Assembly: GCA_965200245.1 (NCBI GenBank)
Contig: CBDATS010000005.1
Location: 256,001 to 320,000, forward strand
Direction of reading: 5' to 3'
DNA from: a bacterium
GTDB taxonomy: Bacteria; UBA8248
Length of the DNA stretch: 64,000 bases
Part shown: one piece after another, positions 9,899 through 20,188 of the stretch
How the letters are laid out: each line of letters starts with the position of its first letter
How positions within the stretch are numbered: position 1 is the stretch's first letter
Notes under the pieces: generated by a model
The model's input: the letters and a program-made list of their open reading frames with translations, nothing else
Database searches by the model: none
Told to the model about the DNA's origin: nothing
Position numbers and translations under genes: made by a program

Positions 9899-11155
9899 CT
9901 AGAGAAACTCCCTCGGATCGGTGATGCGGCCCGTCACCGCGCTTGCCGCAACCGTGGCAGGCGAACCTAGGTATATCTCGGCCTCCTTGCTGCCGAGCCT
10001 GCCCGGGAAATTGCGGTTTGCGGAGGATATGGCCCGTTCGCCGTCGGCGAGACAGCCGTTCCCCGTCATCGAGGCGCAAGGCCCGCAAGCGGCGGTGAGC
10101 ACGGCGGCGCCCGCCTCAGCCAACGCACCGATAGCTCCACTCTTTGCAGCGGCCTCGTAAATCTTCTTGCTCGTGGGCGCGACGTAGAAGCGAACGCCCG
10201 GCGCAATCTTCTTCCCACGCACGATGTGCGCCGCGATCAGGATGTCCTCGAGCCTTCCATTCGTACAAGTGCCCACGAACGCCTGCTGGACGGGCAGGCC
10301 CGCGTAGTTCTCGATGGGGTGTGCATTTCCTGTGGCTGGAGGAGCAGCCACGACGGGCGTGAACGAGGAGATGTCGAGAACGATTCTCCTCGCATAGACG
10401 GCGTCCGGGTCAGGGCTTACGGGCGCATTGAAGCGCGCGCCATGCGCCCGCGCCCAATCGAGCGCCTTATCGTCCACTTCCATGATTCCCGTCTTCGCCC
10501 CCATGTCGACCGACATGTTCGCGATGGTGAAGCGAGCGTCCATCGAGAGATCCGACAGCGCATCCCCGCCATATTCCACCGCCATGTAGTTTGCGCCGTT
10601 CTCGCCCATCTCACGCGCGAGGACGAGTTCCATATCCTTCGAGAAAACGCCATGCGCGAGCGCGCCAGTGAACTCCACGCGGATACTCTCGGGCGTCTTG
10701 AACCACATCTTCCCGGTAGCGTAGGCCGAGGCGATTTCCACGCTCTCCACGGCCACACCCATCGCGCCTAGCGCACCGTAGGTGCACACATGACTGTCGC
10801 CGCCGACTGCAAGTGCGCCTGGCCCCACGCGTCCCTCCTCGGTCACCACTGTGTGGCAAACGCCCGCGCCCGGCTCGAAGATTTCGACCCCGTTTTCCTC
10901 ACCGAAGATTCTGAGCTTCTTATGGTGGTTCGCCCAGAGAACGTCTTGCGCGGGCACGAAATGATCGATGATGAAATCTGTCTTCTTTGGGTCCATGCGG
11001 AACCTGAAACCCGCCTCACGGAAGATGTCGACCGCCTTCGGTCCTTTGGCGTCGCCCGCCATGACATAGTCGAGTTCGGCGATCACCAAATCACCCGCCT
11101 TGGCCTCGTATTCAGCATGCGTAGAGAGGATTTTTTCCGCCATCGTCTGACCCAC
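9899..11155 (-). CDS. 3-isopropylmalate dehydratase/homoaconitase large subunit (LeuC/HacA-like)
   Basis: GQTMAEKIL, DSHVCTYGA, GTCTNGR, CGPC, NRNFPGRLG. Confidence 0.9.
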   Translation of the reverse strand: MGQTMAEKILSTHAEYEAKAGDLVIAELDYVMAGDAKGPKAVDIFREAGFRFRMDPKKTDFIIDHFVPAQDVLWANHHKKLRIFGEENGVEIFEPGAGVCHTVVTEEGRVGPGALAVGGDSHVCTYGALGAMGVAVESVEIASAYATGKMWFKTPESIRVEFTGALAHGVFSKDMELVLAREMGENGANYMAVEYGGDALSDLSMDARFTIANMSVDMGAKTGIMEVDDKALDWARAHGARFNAPVSPDPDAVYARRIVLDISSFTPVVAAPPATGNAHPIENYAGLPVQQAFVGTCTNGRLEDILIAAHIVRGKKIAPGVRFYVAPTSKKIYEAAAKSGAIGALAEAGAAVLTAACGPCASMTGNGCLADGERAISSANRNFPGRLGSKEAEIYLGSPATVAASAVTGRITDPREFL

Positions 11156-11358
11156 AGTGTTCTCCTTCATCTATACCGAAACGGAGCCACTTATATACAC
11201 CAAATATCAGTTGCGCGGAATTATGAAGGGGGTGAATTTAGGGACGAATTCAACAAATGGGAAGGCACGCGCCGGGAATCTGCGAAACAGTCGCCACACT
11301 CTGAAAAATTGCTTTGACTTTCCGCCCGCTCCCTGTGAAACTGATCGTGAGGGAGATC

Positions 11359-12522
11359 ATGAAAACTCTACGCAAGAACCCGATGCCAAAGTCCCGGAAA
11401 GTGAGCAACCCGAAGGCCTTGCTCTGCCATTTCGTTTTGACACTCTTGCTCCTTTGCACCACACCAGCCTGGGGGGAAGAGCGGCAGACGGCAACCGGCC
11501 CGGTTTTGGTCGAGCAGGTGGCGACGGGCCTCGATACACCTTGGGGACTCTCGTTCCTGCCGGACAGAGCCTTTTTGGTAACCGAGCGCGGCGGTTCTCT
11601 GTTCCACTTCGATTCCAGGCGACGCAAGCTCAGGGTCTCCGGCGTCCCGGCAGTTTATGCGTGGGGGCAAGGCGGGTTGATGGATGTCGTTGCCGCGCGA
11701 GATTTCCAGAAAACACGTACGATTTTCCTTGCCTATTCGAAACCCTCCCGAGGCGGTGCGGGTACGGCACTCGCCGTCGCCACGCTCTCATCCAACAACC
11801 GAAAGATCGAGAACCTGCGTATCATCTTCGAGATGGCGGCACCTTCCCGAGAATGGCGTCACTTCGGCTCCCGCGTCGTGGAGGCACCAGATGGAACGCT
11901 CTTCCTCACACTCGGTGATCGGGGAGACGCCCATAAGGCACAAGACCTATCCGTTCACCACGGCAAGATCGTCCGCATCCGCCGTGACGGCAGCATCCCC
12001 CCGGACAATCCCCTCATCGGGCGGGCGGGGGCTCGCCCTGAAATCTGGTCGTGGGGTCACAGAAACCCCCAAGGCGCTGCTCTCGATGCGAAGGGGACAC
12101 TTTGGGCCGTAGAGCACGGCGCGCGCGGTGGAGACGAAATCAACCGGATCATGAAAGGGCGCAACTACGGCTGGCCGGTCATCTCCTATGGCCGTCACTA
12201 CTGGGGCGGGAAGATCGGCGAGGGGTTTGCCAAAGAGGGTATGGAACAACCCGACTTCTACTGGGACCCTTCCATCGCGCCTTCAGGAATGGCCATATAT
12301 TCTGGGCGGCTCCGCCCGGCCTGGCGCGGACAGTTTTTCATCGGCTCGCTGAAATTCGACCACATCTCCCGGCTGGATATGGCAGGTGGCTTCCGGGAAT
12401 TGGAGCGTTTGTCCTTCCCTGAGACCGGTCGCGTGCGCGACGTGCGTGAAGCACCGGACGGAACGCTCTGGTTCCTGTCGGAGGAAAGAGAAGCAGTCTA
12501 CCGGATTACCCCCCGACGGTAA
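11359..12522 (+). CDS. PQQ-dependent sugar dehydrogenase (GSDH/YliI family), exported
   Basis: GQGGLMDV, HFGSR, GHRNPQG, EHGARGGDEIN, SIAPSG. Confidence 0.9.
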   Translation: MKTLRKNPMPKSRKVSNPKALLCHFVLTLLLLCTTPAWGEERQTATGPVLVEQVATGLDTPWGLSFLPDRAFLVTERGGSLFHFDSRRRKLRVSGVPAVYAWGQGGLMDVVAARDFQKTRTIFLAYSKPSRGGAGTALAVATLSSNNRKIENLRIIFEMAAPSREWRHFGSRVVEAPDGTLFLTLGDRGDAHKAQDLSVHHGKIVRIRRDGSIPPDNPLIGRAGARPEIWSWGHRNPQGAALDAKGTLWAVEHGARGGDEINRIMKGRNYGWPVISYGRHYWGGKIGEGFAKEGMEQPDFYWDPSIAPSGMAIYSGRLRPAWRGQFFIGSLKFDHISRLDMAGGFRELERLSFPETGRVRDVREAPDGTLWFLSEEREAVYRITPRR

Positions 12523-13003
12523 CACACATCCCCTTTTCATACCCCAATCGTTTTCGCGGCGACGTTCCGCTCCAGGGATTCTTGGTCCCACATTCCTGAA
12601 AAGTTCGATCAGAGAGTTGAAAATTCCATTGATACAGGAAGTGCTGCCGTCTTTTTCCGGAAGTGGCAGTCTTTTCCTCCACATCTTCGCGACAGTTGTC
12701 GAAATCCTTGCAAAGATACCGGTCTCCTGCCCCGCAATTTCAGGATGCCGTACCCGTTGCAGAGGCGTATCTACGCAAGTATTTCTCGTCTCACACACTC
12801 AAGGGAATCGTGTTCATGGTGGGGATAACAGCCAGCTCTCAACTGTTCATCAACTGCCAGGTTCTCAGAATCTTTCTCTTTATCCAGCCCAAAATCCGCG
12901 CCACGGCGGAGAACAAAGCAGCGCCTCACGTGGGGCATGCTGCTTGACTGGGCAGCGTTTCATGTTTTTCATCCACGGGCTTCGGGATACGGGTTCCCAA
13001 GGT

Positions 13004-13357
13004 TCAGTCCCTGCCTGCTTCCGGACGTTCTTCGTTTTTTGGGACGATGTCGTAGAGATAATCAAACGAATATATGCCAGCGCCACACCCGCCCCGCCAG
13101 ATGAAATTGATGGCGTAGCGCCCCACCATCTCGACGTTTTCAAGCTCTGCAGGCCCACTCGGCCCCGTGAGGACAGAGAGGGGGTTCTTCTCGCGCTCCT
13201 TACGCTTTTCCTTGCAGTTCGCACATGGGCAAAGGGCCGCCAGATAATCGAAGCCATAGGCGCTCTTCTCCCCGCTCGCCCATTCGACGCGAAATTCGCG
13301 GGCGGGCTTATCTACCGTGAGATCGACTGGGTGGGCCTTTTTTTCCATTGCGCTCAT
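13004..13357 (-). CDS. DUF971 / gamma-butyrobetaine hydroxylase N-terminal-like Zn-binding protein
   Basis: LCPCANC, VGRYAI..W, GIYSFDYL. Confidence 0.82.
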   Translation of the reverse strand: MSAMEKKAHPVDLTVDKPAREFRVEWASGEKSAYGFDYLAALCPCANCKEKRKEREKNPLSVLTGPSGPAELENVEMVGRYAINFIWRGGCGAGIYSFDYLYDIVPKNEERPEAGRD

Positions 13358-13384
13358 GAAACGTAAACCTCGAATGGGCAGCGA

Positions 13385-14044
13385 TTATCTCGACTTCATG
13401 CCGTATTTCTCGTACTTCTTTGCCGAGGCTGAACTGCGCTTGGCGGATTCGGGCGTTTTGAGCTCCAACAGATAGGGACGCTCGACCGATGTGGCACTCA
13501 CGGCGTCAAGGAGCCCCTGCTCGTCGCCCTCTTTCTCCCAGTCACCCTCTTCCAGCTTGACGAATACAGGCTTGCCTTCTCCCAAATCGAGCGTGGGGAC
13601 GCCGAAGATGCCTTGATCGGCCGCTTCTTCATGTTCTTGCGCGATGAGAGGAATCGTGGCGCCACTTTTCATATCCTCTTCCCAGCGAGCGACGTCAAGA
13701 CCCACATCCACGGCGATATCGCGCAGCACCAACTCGCTGGTGATGTCCTTTCCGTCCCTGTGCTTCGCCCGGTGTAGCGCCACGTGGTATCTGTCGAATT
13801 GCGTCTCGCCTTGCAAGGCCGCGCATTTGGCCGCCTGATGCGGGGGGAGGTCCCTGCTCGGGAAAGTCTGATCTTCCCAAGCCTTCCAGTCCTCGCCGCG
13901 CGTGGGGCCGAAATTCGCCTGCTCCAGCACAAAGGCCTTGTAACTCACTTTCAGACCGCTTCTTTTCCCCTGGAGACGAACGAGCCACTCCATGGCTCTG
14001 TAAGCGTAGGGTCAGACATAGCAGTTCCACATGACGAGGTTCAT
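13385..14044 (-). CDS. DsbA/FrnE-like thioredoxin-fold selenoprotein (Sec at codon 11, TGA 14012-14014)
   Basis: AAGGGAG RBS + ATG 14044 gives MNLVMWNCYV-TGA-PYAYRAMEWL, in frame with the 202-aa ORF; cis-Pro motif GIFGVPT; hairpin downstream of TGA. Confidence 0.85.
13980..14001 (-). promoter_or_regulatory. Putative SECIS hairpin
   Basis: AC-A(bulge)-GAGCCAU-GGA-GUGGCUC-GU, spanning +11 to +32 after the UGA. Confidence 0.6.
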
Positions 14045-14155
14045 GGTTTTTCTCCCTTAAAAACAAGTTATCAAGGAATATGGCGAGCCAATGATACACC
14101 ACAAGAAAGCAGATGAAAAAGCGGAGCAACGCCTTTTGAGTATAGCTTATTCCCA

Positions 14156-14755
14156 CTAGCCATCAGATGCGAGCGCCTTGTTGAGGAGTGCCTCCGCACC
14201 AGCATTCATCGAAATCTCCCTGGCGACCTCCCGCCCGCGTGGAGACATCTTCCGCCATGTTTTCCGCAAGATACCTATAATTTTCTCTTCATCATGAAGA
14301 CGGGAGAAATCCCAAAAATAGCTCTCCAGAAACACCAGGCAGGCGACATCCTCAAGTGTCTGGGTTTCCGGGTTTGTTTTTATACCCTGCTTTTTGAGCA
14401 GCATCCGCACGCGATCTATCACATCCCCTTCATAACCCACCTTTTCCAGTATCTCGGCCACTTTTTCGCCGTGATAGTCGTACAGGCGGGTGCGCCATTG
14501 GTGGTACCCCTTCCTGTCCAGAGGATAACTCGAACGAGGAATCTCCCACCGGCGTATGTGTTGGCCCCTCACCGCCAAACAGAGGGTCTCGGAAGCGTGT
14601 GGCTCGATGGTTTGGAGCCATTTCGTCATTCTCATCGAATACAAAAACTCTTCAGGATAATCTTCGCCTTCAAATTTCTCGAAATTCGGGTCCCGTAAGT
14701 TCGCCTCGTCTATAAGACGCATAGCTTCTTCAAATCGGCCAGGGTTTTCACTCAT
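14156..14755 (-). CDS. DUF4202 family protein
   Basis: IDEANLRDPN, QHIRRWEIPRSSYP..RKGYHQWR, LEDVACLVFLE, KTWRKMS. Confidence 0.88.
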   Translation of the reverse strand: MSENPGRFEEAMRLIDEANLRDPNFEKFEGEDYPEEFLYSMRMTKWLQTIEPHASETLCLAVRGQHIRRWEIPRSSYPLDRKGYHQWRTRLYDYHGEKVAEILEKVGYEGDVIDRVRMLLKKQGIKTNPETQTLEDVACLVFLESYFWDFSRLHDEEKIIGILRKTWRKMSPRGREVAREISMNAGAEALLNKALASDG

Positions 14756-14869
14756 GATGAGGAACCTTCTTCGTAATGTTGGACACTCAAAATCATTCCT
14801 GAACAACACGACCCAATAATAAACACCTGTTCGGGTTGACAAAAGCGTGCGATCGGAATATTTTTCAAA

Positions 14870-14894
14870 GTTGTTAATTAATTCAGTCAACAAT
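14870..14894. promoter_or_regulatory. Imperfect palindrome resembling an Rrf2/IscR-type operator
   Basis: GTTGTTAATTAATTCAGTCAACAAT between divergent DUF4202 and cobA; TTGACA at about 14836. Confidence 0.45.
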
Positions 14895-14929
14895 GAAAGG
14901 GAAACCACTCTCCAAACAGGAATATCTCT

Positions 14930-15727
14930 ATGTATCAAGGAAAAGTGCAGATAGTGGGAGCTGGTCCTGGAGATCCGGACTTGCTTACACTCAAGGCGGC
15001 GAAAGCCTTATCGAACGCGGATATCGTTATCTATGATCGTCTCGTAAATCCTGAAGTTCTTGCACTTTGCCCGGAAAGCTGTCAACGCATTGATGCGGGC
15101 AAATCCAGCGGGCGACATACCATGAATCAAGAAGATATCAATAAATCTCTCGTCCATTTCGCTCATAGCGGTTTTCAGGTAGTGCGTCTGAAAGGTGGAG
15201 ACCCTTTCGTATTCGGGCGTGGTGGAGAAGAAGCGCAAGCTCTCGTCGAAGCCGGCATTCATTTCGAAATCATACCAGGCATCAGTTCTGCACTGGCCGT
15301 GCCTGCGTATGCAGGAATACCTGTCACACAACGAAATCTCGCCTCATCATTTACGGTCGTAACGGCCCACGAAGACCCCAGCAAACCGAAAACACAGGTA
15401 GATTACGAGCATTTGGCAAAAGATAAGGGAACACTTGTTTTTCTCATGGGCGCACGTTCCATTGGGCGTATATCAGCCGCTCTCATCGAAAACGGCATGG
15501 CAAAAGACACACCCACCGCCATCATTGAAAACGGAACCACGAAAAGGCAATTCACCTTACGTTGCGCTTTGGCGGAAGCATCGAGCCTCGCGCAACGCGA
15601 AGAGATATCCCCACCTGCTGTTTTTCTCGTAGGCCCCGTCGCCGGACTTGAGGAGCTTGTATGGTTCGAGGCCGATGAGAGTCAGGAAATATCCTGGCGT
15701 TGTTTCCCGGAAGCATTCTTGAACTAA
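14930..15727 (+). CDS. cobA: Uroporphyrinogen-III C-methyltransferase
   Basis: VGAGPGDPDLLTLKA, RLKGGDPFVFGRGGEE, PGISS. Confidence 0.93.
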   Translation: MYQGKVQIVGAGPGDPDLLTLKAAKALSNADIVIYDRLVNPEVLALCPESCQRIDAGKSSGRHTMNQEDINKSLVHFAHSGFQVVRLKGGDPFVFGRGGEEAQALVEAGIHFEIIPGISSALAVPAYAGIPVTQRNLASSFTVVTAHEDPSKPKTQVDYEHLAKDKGTLVFLMGARSIGRISAALIENGMAKDTPTAIIENGTTKRQFTLRCALAEASSLAQREEISPPAVFLVGPVAGLEELVWFEADESQEISWRCFPEAFLN

Positions 15728-15812
15728 TCCCACTTCGTTCATACCGGGCTTTGGCCCAAGCTACATTCATCATCCGATATGCATATAGAACGGTTTACAT
15801 AAGGGGCATGCA

Positions 15813-17615
15813 ATGCACGAAGAATCACGAAAACCACTCTCTGCAGAAACACTGGGCGTCATTCCGGTGATTCCCGAAGAATTCGATGATTTCGAAACAC
15901 AAGCCATCAGATTCCGAAAGGGTGAACTCGAAAACGGTGAATTCCTCCCTTACCGGTTAAAGCGCGGCGTATACGGCCAACGCCAAGCGGATGCGCAGAT
16001 GGTACGCGTGAAAATACCTTTTGGCGGTCTAAGTGCTTCTCAGATCGAAGCTCTTGGACGCGTATCCCGCGATTATGCGCCACTGGGAAAAGGCCATGTA
16101 ACAACACGGGAAAACGTACAGTTTCACTTTGTCCCTCTCGATAAAGCCGCCAAAGTTTTGAGACTTCTGGGTGAAGTGGGACTCACTACGCGGGAAGCTT
16201 GTGGAAATTGTGTAAGAAACGTCACGGGATGTCCCTATGCGGGTGTTTGTAAAGATCAAGTATTTGACGCTACTCCTCACGCAGGTGCGTTCGCACGTTA
16301 CTTCGTTCGGAAGCACTTCACGCAGGATTTGCCTCGCAAATTCAAAGTGGCATTCTCCAGTTGTGCTTCGGACTGCGTGGTCGGCGGAATTCACGACATC
16401 GGTTTCATACCGGTAATCAAGGAGGTGGAAGGAACTCCCCTGCATGGCTTCAAGATGCTCGTGGGCGGCGGACTCGCCACATTCGCGCGTACCGCCGAGG
16501 TGCTTTACGAGTTCGTCCCCGTATCCGATTTCCTCAGGGTGAGCGAAGCCCTGATTCGGGTTTTTGATCAGGCTGCCGAACTTAGAAAATCCCGCTTCAA
16601 GGCACGCATCAAGTTCCTCGTGAGTTGGATAGGGATAGACGGACTGCGCGAACGTGTCGAAGAAGAACTTAAAAAAGACTGGGCGAAAGAGCCCGTTAAC
16701 CCTGAACCTAACCTTTGGAAAGACAACGAAGAAGCCGACGCTCCACCAGTTTTGAACACACTGAACGGTGCGAACGCAAATCCGAATGGCGACTCGGCGG
16801 ATTATCACGCATGGAGAAAAACGAACGTCACCTCACAAAGGCAAGAAGGTTATTTCACCGTCGAGATTAAACTTCCCCTGGGGAACATCCACACAGATCA
16901 GTTCTTCGCCTTGGCCGATCTCACACGAAGATTCGCGAGAGGACGAGCCAGAACGAGTTTCGAGCAAAACCTCGTTCTCCGGTGGGTGCGGGAAGGAGAA
17001 CTTTATCCTCTCTGGAAAGAACTTCAACGTATCGGTCTCGCCGAAAAAGGCGCACGTGAGATATCCGACGTGGTTTCCTGCCCGGGAACGGATTCGTGCA
17101 AGCTCGGCATTACTTCTTCCATGGGTCTGGCGAATGCCATTCGTGACACGCTCCAGGAAGTCGATCAGGATCCGCTCACGCAGGAGATACACATCAAGAT
17201 GAGCGGTTGCCCCAATTCATGCGGTCAGCATCACATCGCGAACATCGGCTTTCATGGAGGAACGCTCAGATCGAACGGAGCGATGTTGCCAGCTTATGAA
17301 ATCTTCCTCGGCGGCCAATACGAAACTCCTGACGGAGAAATCCGTATCGGCAAGCGTATCCAGGTTCGGATTCCCGCCAAGCGCGTCCCCGCAGCGTTAA
17401 AGAAGATGTTGTCTCACTATCAGGGAAACAGAAATGAAGGCGAGCGTTTCAATGAGTTTTTAGACCGCGTGGAAGGCGCTTCCTTCGAAGAATTGTTGCA
17501 AGAGTTTCATCTTGCTGGTCAATTCAACGACGAATCCGATACGGACTTGTTCATCGACTGGAGTCAGAACAAACAATACGTACTCGAGAGGGGAGAAGGC
17601 GAATGCCTAGCCTAG
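15813..17615 (+). CDS. Siroheme nitrite/sulfite reductase (ferredoxin type, probably assimilatory sulfite reductase)
   Basis: GVYGQRQ, LPRKFK, CPGTDSC and SGCPNSCG ligands, C-terminal GEGEC. Confidence 0.9.
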   Translation: MHEESRKPLSAETLGVIPVIPEEFDDFETQAIRFRKGELENGEFLPYRLKRGVYGQRQADAQMVRVKIPFGGLSASQIEALGRVSRDYAPLGKGHVTTRENVQFHFVPLDKAAKVLRLLGEVGLTTREACGNCVRNVTGCPYAGVCKDQVFDATPHAGAFARYFVRKHFTQDLPRKFKVAFSSCASDCVVGGIHDIGFIPVIKEVEGTPLHGFKMLVGGGLATFARTAEVLYEFVPVSDFLRVSEALIRVFDQAAELRKSRFKARIKFLVSWIGIDGLRERVEEELKKDWAKEPVNPEPNLWKDNEEADAPPVLNTLNGANANPNGDSADYHAWRKTNVTSQRQEGYFTVEIKLPLGNIHTDQFFALADLTRRFARGRARTSFEQNLVLRWVREGELYPLWKELQRIGLAEKGAREISDVVSCPGTDSCKLGITSSMGLANAIRDTLQEVDQDPLTQEIHIKMSGCPNSCGQHHIANIGFHGGTLRSNGAMLPAYEIFLGGQYETPDGEIRIGKRIQVRIPAKRVPAALKKMLSHYQGNRNEGERFNEFLDRVEGASFEELLQEFHLAGQFNDESDTDLFIDWSQNKQYVLERGEGECLA

Positions 17616-18055
17616 AAAAACAATCCGAACTTCTGGACGAGACTTCCAGGGATCAGGTAAAAACGGCGGTTTTGCTCGTTGGTCACGGTAGCCGCGCCCG
17701 AAACGCGAACGAAGCGCTTTTCCGCGTCGTTGAACATTTTCAGAAGGCGTGGCCGCATCGTATATTGAAGGCGGCATTTCTGGAGATCAGCTATCCCTCG
17801 ATTCCCGAGGGAGTCGATTTGTGTGTATCTGAAGGGGCTGAGAGAATCATCATCATCCCCTATTTCCTTTTCAGGGGCAATCACGTAGCCGTGGACTTGC
17901 CCGCCTTCATTAAAGAAAGCAGGGGAAAATACCCGGAAATAGATGTCATCCTAGGTCCGCATCTCGGCTTTCATCCAAAGATGATTGAGATCGTCGACGA
18001 GCGCATCCAGCAAGTGCTCGATACGCTAAAATTTGAGGAAAAGGCACTCCCATGA
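17603..18055 (+). CDS. Sirohydrochlorin chelatase (CbiX/SirB family)
   Basis: LVGHGSR, AFLE, PYFLFRGNHV..D. Confidence 0.88.
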   Translation: MPSLEKQSELLDETSRDQVKTAVLLVGHGSRARNANEALFRVVEHFQKAWPHRILKAAFLEISYPSIPEGVDLCVSEGAERIIIIPYFLFRGNHVAVDLPAFIKESRGKYPEIDVILGPHLGFHPKMIEIVDERIQQVLDTLKFEEKALP

Positions 18056-19064
18056 ATAAACAGAATGGCTCCGTCAGACCAATAGCAGTTTATTATGAAC
18101 ATCCCGATTGGTTCAGAAAACTATTCGATGAGCTGGACGCAAGAAACATTGCCTATGAAAAAATGGAAGCACACAATCACCGTTTCGACCCGTCGGAAAC
18201 CGAATCGACTTATTCTGTGATTGTAAACCGCATGAGCCCATCCGCATGGGCTCGAGGGCATACCCATGCGATTCCCTACACACTTGAGTATTTCGCGCAT
18301 CTCAAGGCGATCGGCGCCAACGTGATTAACGGCTACGAGGCTTATCTCCATGAATTCTCAAAAGTGCGCCAAACCCGCCTGTTAAAGGCCCTGGGGGCCA
18401 ATCATCCGAGGTCCCGGGTGATTAACCATCCCTCACAGGCTCTGGCTGCGGCCGAGGGGTTCAGCTTTCCCGTCATCACAAAGGCAAATATTGGTGGGAG
18501 TGGCGCAGGCATACAAAAGTACGATACACCTGTGGGAGTGGCGCAGGCATACAAAAGTACGATACACCTGAAGAACTCCAGCAAGCGGCCGATAATGCGA
18601 GTATCAATTTCGGTATCGATAGTTTGGCTCTCGTTCAGGAATATATTCCACCCCGCGGAGAACAAATCGTCCGGGTCGAGGTATTGAATGGCGCGTTCCT
18701 ATACGCGATCCAGCTTGCTTTGGTGGATCCAAATTCATTCAATCTCTGTCCTGGCAGTTATTCTCGCCGCAATGAGGAGGTCGCATGTGGTGTAAACGGC
18801 AGGAACGCCCTGATTGAGAAAGTTACGCCACCTCAAGAGGTTATCGATACCGTCGAGAAAATTATGCGAACAGCCAACATCGAAGTCGGTGGCGTCGAAT
18901 ATCTGGTCAGCGACAAGGATGGGGAGATATATTATTATGACATCAATGCGCTCTCGAATTTCGTGGACGATGCGCAGAATGTGGTCGGTTTCGACCCTTG
19001 GCCGTTGATGGCCGATTTCATTCTCGAGCGTGCGCATCATCCTGCCCCTTCAGTAAGTTTTTAA
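18052..19064 (+). pseudogene. ATP-grasp (RimK/glutathione synthetase-like) ligase frameshifted by a 38-bp tandem duplication
   Basis: KANIGGSGAGI in ORF1; LVQEYIP, GGVEYL, DINALSNF in ORF2; removing one repeat copy fuses the frames. Confidence 0.82.
18494..18569 (+). repeat. Perfect 38-bp tandem duplication
   Basis: GTGGGAGTGGCGCAGGCATACAAAAGTACGATACACCT at 18494-18531 and 18532-18569. Confidence 0.95.
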
Positions 19065-19117
19065 CGCTCACGTTCGAGGCGCTTTGATGCGCTTGCTAAC
19101 TTTCCTATAATGCCGGG

Positions 19118-20014
19118 GTGTTTGAGACAGCTGCCGTATACGCCCTCATATCAGCAATTTTACTCGCGTTAAGGGATATCTTCGGACGCTTCGCGGTTCT
19201 TGGCATAGATCCCATCACCGGTACAGCCTTCTCGGCCATTATCGGCCTGCCCGTCCTGTGGATTATCTCTGTTTGGAGAGGAGATTTTTCAGACCCTTGG
19301 CCTGATTTCGGCTGGCCTCTGGGTTTCATCGCTATCGCAGGAATTTTCAGGGTCTGCTTCGCCCGCACCATGCTCTTTGCGGCCACTCAATATATTGGAT
19401 CCGCACGTACGAGCACCATCGTAGCCACGAACCTGATATTCGCCGTATTCTTCGGGGTCGTTTTTCTGGATGAGACACTCACATTCAGAATCGGGCTGGG
19501 TGCCTTCCTGGTTTTCACTGGATATATCTTTATCGCCAGGAGTCATGTGAATCAAAAGAAAGGAGCGGCCTCTCCAAAAACGTATGTCGGAATGGGATTG
19601 GCTTTGGGATGCGCGCTGGCTTTTGGAGCGGCCGCAGTACTTGTGCGACCAGCGGTAGGTTTTTTTACTTCCCCAAACGAAGCGAACCTCTATTCCAATA
19701 TTTTCGCGGTAGGAGCCTTTCTGCCTTTCCTGTTTCGCAAAGGGGAAATTGGTGCGATCAAGAACTGGACTCCTGGCAACTGGGGATTTATCTTCCTAGC
19801 CGGATTATCAGCAAGTCTCGGCGTCACTTTTTTATATTTCGCGCTGGCGTCCGCACCCGTCGTCTACGCTTTTCCCGTCTCGCAATCGAGGCCGTTGTTC
19901 GCCATCGCAATTTCATGGACTTTTCTCCAGTCGGAAGAGAAAATGAACTGGCGCGTCGTGGCTGGTGCGACTGCTATTTTTCTAGGCACGGTAAGTTTGA
20001 TTTTCAAGGAATGA
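19118..20014 (+). CDS. DMT/EamA family transporter
   Basis: About 10 hydrophobic segments in two EamA-like halves (FLDETL, FLQSEEK). Confidence 0.85.
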   Translation: MFETAAVYALISAILLALRDIFGRFAVLGIDPITGTAFSAIIGLPVLWIISVWRGDFSDPWPDFGWPLGFIAIAGIFRVCFARTMLFAATQYIGSARTSTIVATNLIFAVFFGVVFLDETLTFRIGLGAFLVFTGYIFIARSHVNQKKGAASPKTYVGMGLALGCALAFGAAAVLVRPAVGFFTSPNEANLYSNIFAVGAFLPFLFRKGEIGAIKNWTPGNWGFIFLAGLSASLGVTFLYFALASAPVVYAFPVSQSRPLFAIAISWTFLQSEEKMNWRVVAGATAIFLGTVSLIFKE

Positions 20015-20188
20015 AGTAAATTGACACTTTCAAAGGAAACGACTGGAAAACAGTCAAACATTGTTTGGACATCAGTATTTCGTGAAGTACCTGGAAACAG
20101 AAATAAGGCGAATTGCAAGCAAGCAGAAATTAGAATACATTTTTATTGAACCCTATAAGTGGATCGGTTATTCAGGAGGTCATCACAC

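Noticed and set aside
18494-18569. 38-bp direct repeat as a CRISPR array
   Set aside because: Only two copies with no spacer, inside coding sequence, and no cas genes.
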